This document shows positions 1 through 10,595 of a stretch of 64,000 nt of DNA, piece after piece. Below the pieces are notes generated by a model that was given only the letters and a program-made list of their open reading frames with translations, was not told the origin of the DNA and did not search any database. This stretch comes from Escherichia coli 042 (GTDB lineage Bacteria > Pseudomonadota > Gammaproteobacteria > Enterobacterales > Enterobacteriaceae): the NCBI RefSeq assembly GCF_000027125.1, contig NC_017626.1. The stretch is one strand, 5' to 3'. The position numbers and the translations under genes were made by a program. Each line of letters opens with the position of its first letter. Position 1 is the first letter of the stretch.

Positions 1-1
1 G

Positions 2-1420
2 GAAGGAATTGAACTCAGACAGAGAGCAGATGCTTTTTCAAAACAATATCAGACCCGGGAGCAGCAGAGAGCTAGTGAACTTGCAAAACTGGAAAAGCTA
101 AAGAATCAGTATTCAAAGGAAGAATATAATAATCTTATCGCTCAAATAAATGAGCGTTATAAAGATCCAAAGCAACCAAAGGCGAAAGGTTATTCGGATG
201 ATGCTGCCCAACGAATGATTGATCATCTGAATCAACAGAATGCGTTACTAAGTTCACAAGCTGAATTGACCGTTAAATTAAGTTCCTCTGAACAGGAACT
301 GGTTAAGTGGCGTCAGCAGATTGCCGACCTGGAGTCACGACCGTCATCGAAATTAACCCAGGATCAGAAATCGCTTCTCTTACACCGGGAAGAAATAACC
401 GCGTTGATGGAGAAAAATGTTGCGATTGAAAAAAATAACAGGCTAATCAAAGAATCCGCCGAAATAGCCGCATGGCGTGATTCATTGCAGGCTTCGATTG
501 ATAATCGTCAGCAGGGGTATGATATTCAGATTGCTGGTTATGGGGTTGGCGATAAAAATCAGCAACGCCAGCAGGAATTACTGCGGATTGAACGTGAATA
601 TAACAATCAGCGTCTGCAACTTGAACGTGACTATGCAGATAAATCCCGTGGAATGTCAAATCATGTTTTTCAGGAGAAAATGCAGGCTCTGAATGATGCT
701 CTGGAGCGAGAAAAAGAAATTGTCAGCCAGAAAAACGAGCAGCTCGATATTCAGGCAGGAGACTGGATTAGTGGTGCCTCCCAGGGATTCAATAACTGGC
801 TGGATGACACTAAGGATATCGGTGCGCAAATAAAATCAACCACGACTCAGATGTTTGATGGGATGACCGATGCGCTAGGTGATTTTGTCACGACAGGCAA
901 GGCAAATTTTCGTTCTTTCGCTACTTCCGTGATTTCAGATCTTAGTCGAATTGCATTAAAGGCTTCAATTACTGGGATTTTCGACAGCATTAGTAACAGT
1001 TCTTCTGGGGGTATTTTAGGAACTATCGGGAGTGCTATTAGTAAATTTATTCCGAATGCAAAGGGCGGTGTTTATGAGTCTCCGTCATTGAGTACATATT
1101 CGAACGGTATTTATGACTCCCCGCAATTTTTTGCTTTTGCAAAAGGAGCTGGTGTTTTTGGTGAGGCTGGACCGGAAGCTATTATGCCATTAACGCGAAC
1201 TTCCGATGGTTCTCTTGGTGTCAGAGCTATTAATAGTAAAAGTGGTAATGGAGGCAGAGATATTACTTATGCCCCTGTATACCAAATCACTATTCAAAAT
1301 GACGGCCAGAATGGAGAGATTGGTCCTCAGGCAATAAAAGCACTTATGGGGATGGTTGATCAGCGGGTGCAGGGCGCTCTGTTAAATATGCGACGTGATG
1401 GAGGAATGTTAAGTGGCTAA
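2..1420 (+). CDS. phage tail tape measure protein, C-terminal portion (lambda H-like); 5' end lies upstream of the window
   Basis: Frame open from nt 2 to the stop at 1418-1420; Gly/Ser-rich C-terminal region typical of tape measure proteins; followed by M-L-K-I-J in lambda order. Confidence 0.7.
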   Translation, partial: EGIELRQRADAFSKQYQTREQQRASELAKLEKLKNQYSKEEYNNLIAQINERYKDPKQPKAKGYSDDAAQRMIDHLNQQNALLSSQAELTVKLSSSEQELVKWRQQIADLESRPSSKLTQDQKSLLLHREEITALMEKNVAIEKNNRLIKESAEIAAWRDSLQASIDNRQQGYDIQIAGYGVGDKNQQRQQELLRIEREYNNQRLQLERDYADKSRGMSNHVFQEKMQALNDALEREKEIVSQKNEQLDIQAGDWISGASQGFNNWLDDTKDIGAQIKSTTTQMFDGMTDALGDFVTTGKANFRSFATSVISDLSRIALKASITGIFDSISNSSSGGILGTIGSAISKFIPNAKGGVYESPSLSTYSNGIYDSPQFFAFAKGAGVFGEAGPEAIMPLTRTSDGSLGVRAINSKSGNGGRDITYAPVYQITIQNDGQNGEIGPQAIKALMGMVDQRVQGALLNMRRDGGMLSG

Positions 1421-1751
1421 TACGGAAGAATTTTACTGGTTACCAGAGGATGGAATGAAAACAGAAAATAAGCCATCGATAAAAACTGTAAGATTTGGCG
1501 ATGGTTATGAACAACGAAGCCCAAACGGACTTAATCATTCTCTGCGTGTTTTTACCTGTGATTTCAGGGTTGAGGCGAATGAACGTAATTCATTTGAACT
1601 GTTTCTGGCTCGGCATGGAGGCTATAAATCTTTTTTTTGGCGCCCGCCGGGTATTAACAGAAAAATCAGAGTGGTGTGTCGAACGTGGTCAGCGACAGAA
1701 CATATCACCTATACCGATTTTTCGTGTCAGTTTGACGAAGTGGTGATCTGA
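1413..1751 (+). CDS. minor tail protein M (lambda M-like)
   Basis: 112 aa; GTG start overlaps the tape measure stop; VRFGDGY-type motif and size as recalled for lambda M; position in tail module. Confidence 0.75.
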   Translation: MANTEEFYWLPEDGMKTENKPSIKTVRFGDGYEQRSPNGLNHSLRVFTCDFRVEANERNSFELFLARHGGYKSFFWRPPGINRKIRVVCRTWSATEHITYTDFSCQFDEVVI

Positions 1752-2449
1752 TGCAGGACATACGACAGGAAACACATCATGAGACGACACGCCTTACTCA
1801 GTCAGCCCAGGTGGTGCTCTGGGAAATCGATCTGACAGAGGTCGGTGGTGAACGTTATTTTTTCTGTAATGAGCAGAACGAAAAAGGTGAGCCGGTCACC
1901 TGGCAGGGGCGGCAGTATCAGGTATACCCTATTCAGGGGACGGGATTTGAACTGAACGGTAAGGGTAGTGCTACCCGTCCGACACTGACGGTCTCTAACC
2001 TGCACGGCATGGTCACCGGGATGGCGGAAGACCTGCAGAGTCTGGTCGGCGGAACGGTGGTCAGGCGTAAGGTTTACGCCCGTTTTCTGGATGCGGTGAA
2101 CTTCGTCAACGGAAACAGCGACGCCGATCCGGAGCAGGAGGTGATCAGCCGCTGGCGCATCGAGCAGTGCAGCGAACTGAGTGCGGTCAGTGCCTCCTTT
2201 GTGCTCTCCACACCGACGGAAACGGATGGTGCTGTTTTTCCGGGGCGCATCATGCTGGCCAACACCTGCACCTGGACCTATCGCGGTGATGAGTGCGGTT
2301 ATCATGGTCCGGCTGTCGCGGATGAATATGACCAGCCGACGTCCGATATCACGAAGGATAAATGCAGCAAATGCCTGAGCGGCTGTAAGTTTCGCAATAA
2401 CGTCGGCAACTTTGGCGGCTTCCTTTCCATTAACAAACTTTCGCAGTAA
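1751..2449 (+). CDS. minor tail protein L (lambda L-like)
   Basis: 232 aa, same length as lambda L; ATG overlaps the M stop (TGATG); Cys-rich C-terminus. Confidence 0.8.
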   Translation: MQDIRQETHHETTRLTQSAQVVLWEIDLTEVGGERYFFCNEQNEKGEPVTWQGRQYQVYPIQGTGFELNGKGSATRPTLTVSNLHGMVTGMAEDLQSLVGGTVVRRKVYARFLDAVNFVNGNSDADPEQEVISRWRIEQCSELSAVSASFVLSTPTETDGAVFPGRIMLANTCTWTYRGDECGYHGPAVADEYDQPTSDITKDKCSKCLSGCKFRNNVGNFGGFLSINKLSQ

Positions 2450-2453
2450 TCCC

Positions 2454-3197
2454 ATGACACAGACAGAATCAGCGATTCTGGCGCACGCCCGGCGATGTGC
2501 GCCAGCGGAGTCGTGCGGCTTCGTGGTGAGAACGCCGGAAGGGGAAAGATATTTTCCCTGCGTGAATATCTCCGGTGAGCCGGAGGCGTATTTCCGGATG
2601 TCGCCGGAGGACTGGCTGCGGGCAGAGATGCAGGGTGAGATTGTGGCGCTGGTCCACAGCCACCCCGGTGGTCTGCCCTGGCTGAGTGAGGCTGACAGGC
2701 GGCTGCAGGTGCAGAGCGATTTGCCTTGGTGGCTGGTCTGCCGGGGTGAGATTCATAAATTCCGCTGTGTGCCGCATCTTACCGGGCGGCGCTTTGAGCA
2801 CGGGGCGACGGACTGTTACACGCTGTTCCGGGATGCTTATCATCTGGCGGGGATTGAGATGCCGGACTTTCATCGTGAGGATGACTGGTGGTGTAACGGC
2901 CAGAATCTCTATCTGGATAATCTGGAGGCCACAGGGCTGTATCAGGTGCCGTTGTCAGCGGCGCAGCCGGGCGATGTGCTGCTGTGCTGTTTTGGTTCAT
3001 CGGTGCCGAATCATGCCGCCATTTACTGCGGCGACGGTGAGCTGTTGCACCATATTCCTGAACAACTGAGCAAACGAGAGAGGTATACCGACAAATGGCA
3101 GCGACGCACACACTCCCTCTGGCGTCACCGGGCATGGCACGCATCTGCCTTTACGGGGATTTACAACGATTTGGCCGCCGCATCGACCTTCGTGTAA
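2454..3197 (+). CDS. tail assembly protein K (MPN/JAB plus NlpC/P60-like)
   Basis: ATG 4 nt after the L stop; JAMM-type HSHPGG motif in the N-terminal half; lambda K family by position and motif. The longest frame begins at 2412. Confidence 0.75.
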   Translation: MTQTESAILAHARRCAPAESCGFVVRTPEGERYFPCVNISGEPEAYFRMSPEDWLRAEMQGEIVALVHSHPGGLPWLSEADRRLQVQSDLPWWLVCRGEIHKFRCVPHLTGRRFEHGATDCYTLFRDAYHLAGIEMPDFHREDDWWCNGQNLYLDNLEATGLYQVPLSAAQPGDVLLCCFGSSVPNHAAIYCGDGELLHHIPEQLSKRERYTDKWQRRTHSLWRHRAWHASAFTGIYNDLAAASTFV

Positions 3198-3742
3198 AAA
3201 CGGGGGCTGAAGCCATCCGGGCGTTGTCCACACAGCTCCCGGCGTTTCGTCAGAAACTGAATGAGGGCTGGTATCAGGTGCGCATTGCCGGGCGTGATGC
3301 AGGCGAAAATGAATTATCTGCCCGTCTTAATGAGTCGCTGGCAAATGGTGCCGTGATCCACATTGTGCCGCGTCTGGCGGGAGCTAAAAGTGGCGGTGTT
3401 TTTCAGGCAGTGCTGGGTGCGGCGCTGATTGCGGTGGCATGGTGGAACCCTGTGGGCTGGCTGGGTGCCGCGGCTGTATCGGGCATGTATGCGGCAGGGG
3501 CCAGTATGATCCTGGGTGGTGTGGCCCAGATGCTGGCACCGAAAGCCCGGACGCCCACAGCGACCAGCACGGATAACGGTAAGCAGAACACCTATTTCTC
3601 ATCACTGGATAACATGGTTGCCCAGGGCAATGTTCTGCCTGTTCTGTACGGTGAAATGCGCGTGGGGTCTCGTGTGGTTTCTCAGGAGATCAGCACGGCA
3701 GATGAAGGGGACGGTGGTCAGGTTGTGGTGATTGGCCGCTGA
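3095..3742 (+). CDS. tail assembly protein I (lambda I-like)
   Basis: 215 aa; overlaps the K 3' end; Gly/Ala-rich hydrophobic C-terminal half as in lambda I. Confidence 0.7.
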   Translation: MAATHTLPLASPGMARICLYGDLQRFGRRIDLRVKTGAEAIRALSTQLPAFRQKLNEGWYQVRIAGRDAGENELSARLNESLANGAVIHIVPRLAGAKSGGVFQAVLGAALIAVAWWNPVGWLGAAAVSGMYAAGASMILGGVAQMLAPKARTPTATSTDNGKQNTYFSSLDNMVAQGNVLPVLYGEMRVGSRVVSQEISTADEGDGGQVVVIGR

Positions 3743-3760
3743 TGCAAAATATTTCATGTG

Positions 3761-3790
3761 AAACCGCCTCCGGGCGGTTTTGTCGTTTAT
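3761..3790 (+). terminator. hairpin plus T-rich tract between I and J
   Basis: AAACCGCC / GGCGGTTT inverted repeat followed by TTTTGTCGTTTAT. Confidence 0.4.
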
Positions 3791-3802
3791 GGAGCATGAC
3801 GA

Positions 3803-6800
3803 ATGGGCAAAGGAAGCAGTAAGGGGCATATCCCGCGCGAAGCGAAGGACAACCTGAAGTCCACGCAGTTGCTGAGTGTGATCGATGCCATCAGTGAAGG
3901 GCCGGTTGAAGGTCCGGTGGATGGCTTAAAAAGCGTGCTGCTGAACAGTACGCCGGTGCTGGACAGTGAGGGGAATACCAATATCTCCGGCGTCACGGTG
4001 GTGTTCCGGGCAGGCGAGCAGGAGCAGTCACCGCCGGAGGGATTTGAATCCTCCGGTTCCGAGACGGTGCTGGGTACGGAAGTGAAATATGACACGCCGA
4101 TCACCCGCACCATTACGTCGGCAAACATCGACCGTCTGCGCTTTACCTTCGGTGTACAGGCACTGGTGGAAACCACCTCAAAGGGTGACAGGAATCCGTC
4201 GGAAGTCCGTCTGCTGGTTCAGATACAGCGTAACGGTGGCTGGGTGACGGAAAAAGACATCACCATTAAGGGCAAAACCACCTCGCAGTATCTGGCCTCG
4301 GTGGTGGTGGGTAACCTGCCGCCGCGCCCGTTTAATATCCGGATGCGCAGGATGACGCCGGACAGCACCACAGACCAGCTGCAGAACAAAACGCTCTGGT
4401 CGTCATACACCGAAATCATCGATGTGAAACAGTGCTACCCGAACACGGCACTGGTCGGCGTGCAGGTGGACTCGGAACAGTTCGGCAGCCAGCAGGTGAG
4501 CCGTAATTATCATCTTCGCGGGCGCATTCTGCAGGTGCCGTCGAACTATAACCCGCAGACGCGGCAATACAGCGGTATCTGGGACGGAACGTTTAAGCCA
4601 GCATACAGCAACAACATGGCCTGGTGTCTGTGGGATATGCTGACCCATCCGCGCTACGGCATGGGGAAGCGTCTCGGTGCGGCGGATGTGGACAAATGGG
4701 CGCTGTATGTCATCGGCCAGAATTGCGACCAGTCGGTGCCGGACGGCTTTGGCGGCACGGAGCCGCGCATCACCTGTAATGCGTACCTGACCACACAGCG
4801 CAAGGCGTGGGATGTGCTCAGTGATTTCTGCTCGGCGATGCGCTGTATGCCAGTATGGAACGGGCAGACGCTGACGTTCGTGCAGGACCGACCGTCGGAT
4901 AAGGTGTGGACCTATAACCGCAGTAATGTGGTGATGCCGGATGATGGCGCACCGTTCCGCTACAGCTTCAGCGCCCTGAAAGACCGCCATAATGCCGTTG
5001 AGGTGAACTGGATTGACCCGAACAACGGCTGGGAGACGGCGACAGAGCTTGTGGAGGATACGCAGGCCATTGCCCGTTACGGTCGTAACGTCACGAAGAT
5101 GGATGCTTTTGGCTGTACCAGCCGGGGGCAGGCGCACCGCGCCGGGCTGTGGCTGATTAAAACGGAATTGCTGGAAACGCAGACCGTGGACTTCAGCGTG
5201 GGTGCAGAAGGGCTTCGCCATGTACCGGGCGATGTCATTGAAATCTGCGATGATGACTATGCGGGTATCAGCACCGGCGGGCGCGTGCTGGCGGTGAACA
5301 GCCAGACGCGGACACTGACGCTCGACCGTGAAATCACGCTGCCATCCTCCGGCACCACGCTGATAAGCCTGGTTGACGGACAGGGGAATCCGGTCAGCGT
5401 GGAGGTCCAGTCCGTCACCGACGGCGTGAAGGTAAAAGTGAGCCGGGTTCCTGATGGCGTTGCCGAGTACAGCGTGTGGGGGCTGAAGCTGCCGACGCTG
5501 CGCCAGCGCCTGTTCCGCTGCGTGAGTATCCGTGAGAATGACGACGGCACGTATGCCATCACCGCTGTGCAGCATGTGCCGGAGAAAGAGGCCATCGTGG
5601 ATAACGGGGCGCACTTTGACGGCGACCAGAGCGGCACGGTGAATGGTGTCACGCCGCCAGCAGTGCAGCACCTGACCGCAGAAGTCACCGCAGACAGCGG
5701 GGAATACCAGGTGCTGGCGCGCTGGGATACGCCGAAGGTGGTGAAGGGTGTGAGCTTTATGCTTCGCCTGACCGTGGCAGCGGATGACGGCAGTGAGCGG
5801 CTGGTCAGCACGGCCCGGACGACGGAAACCACATACCGCTTCAGGCAGCTGGCTCTGGGAAATTACAGTCTGACAGTCCGGGCGGTAAATGCGTGGGGGC
5901 AGCAGGGCGATCCGGCGTCGGTATCGTTCCGGATTGCCGCACCGGCAGCACCATCGCGGATTGAGCTGACGCCGGGCTATTTTCAGATAACCGCCACGCC
6001 GCATCTTGCGGTTTATGATCCGACTGTACAGTTTGAGTTCTGGTTCTCGGAAAATCGGATTGCGGATATCAGGCAGGTTGAAACCAGCGCGCGTTATCTT
6101 GGCACGGCGCTGTACTGGATAGCCGCCAGTATCAATATCAAACCGGGCCATGATTATTATTTTTACGTTCGCAGTGTGAACACCGTCGGCAAATCGACAT
6201 TCGTGGAGGCTGTCGGTCGGGCGAGCGATGATGCGGAAGGTTACCTGGATTTTTTCAAAGGCCAGATAACCGAATCCCATCTCGGCAAGGAGCTGCTGGA
6301 AAAAGTCGAGCTGACGGAGGATAACGCCAGCAAACTGGAGGAGTTTTCGAAAGAGTGGAAGGACGCCAACGATAAATGGAATGCCATGTGGGGCGTCAAA
6401 ATTGAGCAGACCGAAGACGGCAGGCATTATGTCGCGGGGCTTGGCCTTAGTATGGAGGATACGGAGGAAGGCAAACTGAGCCAGTTCCTGGTTGCCGCTA
6501 ACCGTATCGCGTTTATTGACCCGGCAAACGGGAATGAAACGCCGATGTTTGTGGCGCAGGGCAACCAGATATTCATGAACGAAGTGTTCCTGAAGTATCT
6601 GACGGCTCCCACCATTACCAGTGGCGGCAATCCTCCGGTATTTTCCCTGACACCGGACGGGCGGCTGACGGCGAAAAATGCCGATATCAGCGGTAACGTG
6701 AATGCGAACTCCGGGACGCTCAATAATGTCACGATTAACGAGAACTGTCGGGTTCTGGGAAAACTGTCCGCGAACCAGATTGAAGGCGATCTCGTTAAAA

Positions 6801-7198
6801 CAGTGGGCAAAGCTTTCCCCCGTGACTCCCGTGCACCGGAACGGTGGCCATCAGGGACCATTACCGTCAGGGTTTATGACGATCAGTCGTTTGACCGGCA
6901 AATTGTTATTCCAGCGGTGGCTTTCAGCGGTGCCAGACATGAACGGGAGAATAGCGATACTTATTCGTCATGCCGCCTGATAGTGAAGAAAAACGGGGCT
7001 GAAATTTATAACCGAACGGCTCTGGATAATACTCTGATTTACACGGGTGTTATTGATATGCCTGCAGGCAGTGGCGTAATGACACTGGAGTTTTCGGTAT
7101 CAGCATGGTGGGTAAATGGCTGGTATCCCACAGCAAGTATCAGCGATTTGCTGGTTGTGGTGATGAAGAAAGCCACCGCAGGCATCAGTATCAGCTGA
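3803..7198 (+). CDS. host specificity protein J (central tail fibre), lambda J-like
   Basis: 1131 aa (lambda J is 1132 aa); C-terminal region resembles the recalled lambda J receptor-binding end ([21 protein letters not shown] motif). Confidence 0.85.
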   Translation: MGKGSSKGHIPREAKDNLKSTQLLSVIDAISEGPVEGPVDGLKSVLLNSTPVLDSEGNTNISGVTVVFRAGEQEQSPPEGFESSGSETVLGTEVKYDTPITRTITSANIDRLRFTFGVQALVETTSKGDRNPSEVRLLVQIQRNGGWVTEKDITIKGKTTSQYLASVVVGNLPPRPFNIRMRRMTPDSTTDQLQNKTLWSSYTEIIDVKQCYPNTALVGVQVDSEQFGSQQVSRNYHLRGRILQVPSNYNPQTRQYSGIWDGTFKPAYSNNMAWCLWDMLTHPRYGMGKRLGAADVDKWALYVIGQNCDQSVPDGFGGTEPRITCNAYLTTQRKAWDVLSDFCSAMRCMPVWNGQTLTFVQDRPSDKVWTYNRSNVVMPDDGAPFRYSFSALKDRHNAVEVNWIDPNNGWETATELVEDTQAIARYGRNVTKMDAFGCTSRGQAHRAGLWLIKTELLETQTVDFSVGAEGLRHVPGDVIEICDDDYAGISTGGRVLAVNSQTRTLTLDREITLPSSGTTLISLVDGQGNPVSVEVQSVTDGVKVKVSRVPDGVAEYSVWGLKLPTLRQRLFRCVSIRENDDGTYAITAVQHVPEKEAIVDNGAHFDGDQSGTVNGVTPPAVQHLTAEVTADSGEYQVLARWDTPKVVKGVSFMLRLTVAADDGSERLVSTARTTETTYRFRQLALGNYSLTVRAVNAWGQQGDPASVSFRIAAPAAPSRIELTPGYFQITATPHLAVYDPTVQFEFWFSENRIADIRQVETSARYLGTALYWIAASINIKPGHDYYFYVRSVNTVGKSTFVEAVGRASDDAEGYLDFFKGQITESHLGKELLEKVELTEDNASKLEEFSKEWKDANDKWNAMWGVKIEQTEDGRHYVAGLGLSMEDTEEGKLSQFLVAANRIAFIDPANGNETPMFVAQGNQIFMNEVFLKYLTAPTITSGGNPPVFSLTPDGRLTAKNADISGNVNANSGTLNNVTINENCRVLGKLSANQIEGDLVKTVGKAFPRDSRAPERWPSGTITVRVYDDQSFDRQIVIPAVAFSGARHERENSDTYSSCRLIVKKNGAEIYNRTALDNTLIYTGVIDMPAGSGVMTLEFSVSAWWVNGWYPTASISDLLVVVMKKATAGISIS

Positions 7199-7216
7199 AT
7201 TTTATAACCCCAATAC

Positions 7217-7241
7217 GGGCGTCAGAAATGACGCCTTTTTT
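7217..7241 (+). terminator. rho-independent terminator after J
   Basis: GGGCGTCA-GAAA-TGACGCC hairpin followed by TTTTTT. Confidence 0.5.
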
Positions 7242-7265
7242 ATTGCAGAAAAGCGAGAGGTAATT

Positions 7266-7865
7266 ATGCGTAAATTATGTGCTGTTATTCTGTCCGCAGT
7301 AGTCTGGCTGGTTGCCGCTGGTACGCCAGCGAGCGCAGCAGAGCATCAGTCCACACTAAGCGCCGGGTATCTTCAGGCCCATACTGATATGCCAGGCAGT
7401 GATGACCTGAAGGGCATTAACGTGAAATACCGTTATGAATTTACGGACACGCTGGGGCTGGTGACGTCATTCAGTTATGCCAATGCCAAAGATGAGCAAA
7501 AAACGCATTACAGCGATACCCGCTGGCATGAAGATTCAGTGCGTAACCGCTGGTTCAGCATGATGGCGGGGCCATCTGTACGCGTGAATGAATGGTTCAG
7601 TGCTTATGCGATGGCAGGTGTGGCTTACAGCCGTGTTTCGACGTTCTCCGGGGATTATCTCCGCGTAACTGACAACAAGGGGAAAACGCACGATGTGCTG
7701 ACCGGAAGTGATGACGATCGCCACAGCAACACGTCTCTGGCGTGGGGAGCTGGCGTGCAGTTTAACCCGACCGAATCCGTGGCCATTGATATTGCTTATG
7801 AAGGCTCCGGCAGTGGCGACTGGCGCACTGACGGTTTCATCGTGGGTGTCGGTTATAAGTTCTGA
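7266..7865 (+). CDS. lom: Lom/Ail/PagC-family outer membrane beta-barrel protein (lambda lom-like moron)
   Basis: 199 aa; signal peptide ending ASA; C-terminal ...GVGYKF aromatic terminus typical of OMPs; position between J and stf as in lambda. Confidence 0.8.
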   Translation: MRKLCAVILSAVVWLVAAGTPASAAEHQSTLSAGYLQAHTDMPGSDDLKGINVKYRYEFTDTLGLVTSFSYANAKDEQKTHYSDTRWHEDSVRNRWFSMMAGPSVRVNEWFSAYAMAGVAYSRVSTFSGDYLRVTDNKGKTHDVLTGSDDDRHSNTSLAWGAGVQFNPTESVAIDIAYEGSGSGDWRTDGFIVGVGYKF

Positions 7866-7892
7866 TTAGCCAGGTAACACAGTGTTATGACA

Positions 7893-7918
7893 GCCCGCCG
7901 GTTCAGGCGGGCTTTTTT
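7893..7918 (+). terminator. rho-independent terminator after lom
   Basis: GCCCGCCG-GTTCA-GGCGGGC hairpin followed by TTTTTT. Confidence 0.5.
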
Positions 7919-7923
7919 GTGGA

Positions 7924-10305
7924 GTGGATATGGCAGCAGTAAAAATCTCAGGTGTGCTGAAAGATGGTGCGGGAAAACCAATACAGAACTGCACTATTCA
8001 ACTGAAGGCAAAGCGTAACAGCACCACGGTACTGGTGAACACGGTGGCCTCTGAAAATCCGGATGAAGCCGGGCGTTACAGCATGGATGTTGAGTATGGT
8101 CAGTACAGCGTCACCCTGCTGGTTGAAGGTTTTCCGCCTTCACATGCCGGGACCATTACCGTCTATGAAGGTTCCAGACCAGGTACGCTGAATGATTTTC
8201 TCGGTGCCATGACGGAAGATGATGTCATGCCGGAGGCATTGCGTCGTTTTGAGGAAATGGTGGAAGAAGCGGCACGCAACGCTGAAGCCGCCTCTCAGAG
8301 CGCAGCGGCGGCAAAGAAATCCGAAACTGCAGCGGCATCATCGAAGAACGCGGCGAAAACCTCAGAAACGAATGCAGCTAACAGCGCACAGGCGGCAGCG
8401 GCCTCGCAGACTGCATCGGCAAACTCCGCAACAGCAGCTAAAAAATCAGAAACCAACGCGAAAAATAGCGAGACAGCCGCAAAGACGAGCGAAACCAACG
8501 CAAAGTCCAGCCAGACGGCAGCGAAGACCAGCGAAACGAATGCCAAAGCCAGTGAAACTGCGGCAAAAAACAGCCAGGTTGCAGCAGCCCAAAGCGAGAG
8601 CGCGGCAGCCGGTTCTGCGACTTCAGCAGCTGGATCAGCAACTGCTACGGCTAACAGCCAGAAAGCTGCGAAGACGAGTGAAACTAACGCAAAGTCCAGC
8701 CAGACGGCAGCGAAGACCAGCGAAACGAATGCCAAAGCCAGTGAAACTGCGGCGAAAAGCAGTCAGGATGCAGCGGCTCAAAGCGAGAGTGCCGCAGCCA
8801 GTTCTGCAAGCGCGGCGGCTGCTTCTGCCACTGCATCAGCTAACAGTCAAAAAGCAGCAAAAACCAGTGAAACCAACGCAAAGGTGAGCGAAACAGCGGC
8901 AGCGAACTCAGCGAAAGCATCGGCAGCAAGCCAGACGGCAGCTAAAGCAAGCGAAGATGCAGCCAGAGAGTACGCAAGCCAGGCTGCGGAGCCGTATAAA
9001 TATGTCTTACAGCCGCTGCCTGATGTGTGGATACCATTTAACGATTCGCTGGATATGATTACGGGCTTTTCGCCGTCATATAAAAAAATTGTTATTGGTG
9101 ACGATGAAATAACGATGCCTGGCGACAAGATTGTTAAGTTTAAACGTGCATCGAAAGCAACCTATATTAACAAATCTGGTGTGCTGACAGAGGCTGCCAT
9201 TGACGAGCCACGATTTGAACGTGATGGCCTGCTTATTGAGGGGCAAAGAACAAACTACATGCTCAATTCGGAAAGCCCTGCCAGTTGGGGGCGATCTTCA
9301 AATATGGATGTGCCCGAAACAGGGACGGATAATTTTGGTTTTACCTATGGAAAGTTTGTCTGCAACGATTCTCTGATTGGGCAAACCTCAGCCATTAATA
9401 TGGCATCAATTGCTGCAACAAAGTCAGTTGATGTCTCAGGCGATAATAAACACGTGACAACCTCATGTCGTTTTAAAACAGAACTGCAGGTAAGGTTGCG
9501 TATCCGGTTTGATAAATATGACGGTAGCGCAACAACTTTTCTTGGTGATGCGTATATTGATACACAAACGCTTGAAATTAATATGACAGGCGGTGCTGCC
9601 TCAAGGATTACAGCGAGAGTCAGAAAGGACGAAGCTACCGGATGGATTTTTGCAGAGGCAACAATTCAGGCAATTGATGGGGAGCTAAAAATAGGCTCTC
9701 AGATACAGTATTCTCCTAAGCAGAGCGGGGCAACCGTATCTGGTGACTATATTTATCTGGCCACCCCACAAGTAGAAGATGGGCCTTGTGTATCATCTTT
9801 TATTATATCAGGAGCGACGGCGGCGACCCGCGCAAGCGATATAGTTACAGTTCCAATTAAGAATAATCTTTATAATCTTCCTTTTACGGTTCTTTGTGAG
9901 GTACATAAGAACTGGTATAAAACGCCAAATGCAGCGCCACGTGTTTTTGATACCGGCGGTCATCAAACCGGAGCGGCTATTATTCTTGGCTTCGGTCGTT
10001 CAACAGATTACGACGGATTTCCTTATTGCGATATTGGAGGAGCTAACAGACGGGTAAACGAAAACGCATCGCTTGAAAAAATGGTTATGGGGATGCGTGT
10101 AAAGTCAGAGCAGTCTACGTGCTCAGTAAGTAACGGGCATATATCCAGCGAAACAAAAACCACATGGTCCTGTATTCAGAACACCGCAATTATCCGTATT
10201 GGAGGCCAGACTACAGCCGGGTTACGTCATTTATTTGGTCATGTCAGGAATTTCAGAATATGGCACAAGGCATTGACTGATGCTCAGGTGGGGGAGTCAA
10301 TCTAA
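7924..10305 (+). CDS. side tail fibre protein (Stf-like) with collagen-like Ala/Ser/Thr repeat shaft and divergent C-terminal domain
   Basis: N-terminal ~100 aa match the recalled lambda Stf N-terminus (MA.VKISGVLKDG.GKP.QNCTIQLKA...); KTSETNAK repeat shaft; C-terminal half (from ~nt 9000) visibly lower GC. Confidence 0.75.
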   Translation: MDMAAVKISGVLKDGAGKPIQNCTIQLKAKRNSTTVLVNTVASENPDEAGRYSMDVEYGQYSVTLLVEGFPPSHAGTITVYEGSRPGTLNDFLGAMTEDDVMPEALRRFEEMVEEAARNAEAASQSAAAAKKSETAAASSKNAAKTSETNAANSAQAAAASQTASANSATAAKKSETNAKNSETAAKTSETNAKSSQTAAKTSETNAKASETAAKNSQVAAAQSESAAAGSATSAAGSATATANSQKAAKTSETNAKSSQTAAKTSETNAKASETAAKSSQDAAAQSESAAASSASAAAASATASANSQKAAKTSETNAKVSETAAANSAKASAASQTAAKASEDAAREYASQAAEPYKYVLQPLPDVWIPFNDSLDMITGFSPSYKKIVIGDDEITMPGDKIVKFKRASKATYINKSGVLTEAAIDEPRFERDGLLIEGQRTNYMLNSESPASWGRSSNMDVPETGTDNFGFTYGKFVCNDSLIGQTSAINMASIAATKSVDVSGDNKHVTTSCRFKTELQVRLRIRFDKYDGSATTFLGDAYIDTQTLEINMTGGAASRITARVRKDEATGWIFAEATIQAIDGELKIGSQIQYSPKQSGATVSGDYIYLATPQVEDGPCVSSFIISGATAATRASDIVTVPIKNNLYNLPFTVLCEVHKNWYKTPNAAPRVFDTGGHQTGAAIILGFGRSTDYDGFPYCDIGGANRRVNENASLEKMVMGMRVKSEQSTCSVSNGHISSETKTTWSCIQNTAIIRIGGQTTAGLRHLFGHVRNFRIWHKALTDAQVGESI
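8461..8900 (+). repeat. in-frame 189-bp tandem direct repeat (~2.3 copies) inside the side tail fibre gene
   Basis: CAAAGTCCAGCCAGACGGCAGCGAAGACCAGCGAAACGAATGCCAAAGCCAGTGAAACTGCGGC occurs at 8501 and 8690; unit starts near 8461, 8650, 8839. Confidence 0.75.
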
Positions 10306-10586
10306 TGAAAGATTTAACACTCAAATTTGCCGACAGGGCCGACTTTTCGGCCTTTATGGATAGCACTGGCTATTATGATGACGAGTCGATGCAGGATGAT
10401 ATTCTTATTGACGTGATAGGTAACGTGTACAAAGAAACCGGAGAACTGACTGAAGATGGCGAACCGGTATGTGTTAAGGAAGACGGATATTTTGTAAACG
10501 TGCGCATCATTAATGATTCGCAAATATCGTCATTATTCGATGAATACGTGGTTGCTGTTGAGCATCAACTTCGTGGCTGGATGTGA
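10305..10586 (+). CDS. hypothetical protein, translationally coupled to the tail fibre gene (possible fibre assembly/chaperone factor)
   Basis: 93 aa acidic protein; ATG overlaps the stf stop (TAATG); no recognised motif. Confidence 0.4.
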   Translation: MKDLTLKFADRADFSAFMDSTGYYDDESMQDDILIDVIGNVYKETGELTEDGEPVCVKEDGYFVNVRIINDSQISSLFDEYVVAVEHQLRGWM

Positions 10587-10595
10587 GGAAGAAAA

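Noticed and set aside
4403-6427. 674-aa ORF on the minus strand inside J (also 5257-5832 minus)
   Set aside because: Antisense to a conserved, continuous 1131-aa J gene; GC-rich coding DNA commonly gives long antisense frames; low-complexity Arg/Pro-rich product with no SD.
8219-8887. 222-aa Arg/Lys-rich plus-strand ORF and 146-aa Ala-rich minus-strand ORF (8295-8735) in the stf repeat region
   Set aside because: Alternative-frame artefacts of the 189-bp tandem repeat; the Stf frame has the recognisable N-terminus and continues through the region.
8461-8900. Possible CRISPR array
   Set aside because: The repeats are long, in-frame coding units with no short repeat / unique spacer architecture; no CRISPR-like array was seen elsewhere in the window.
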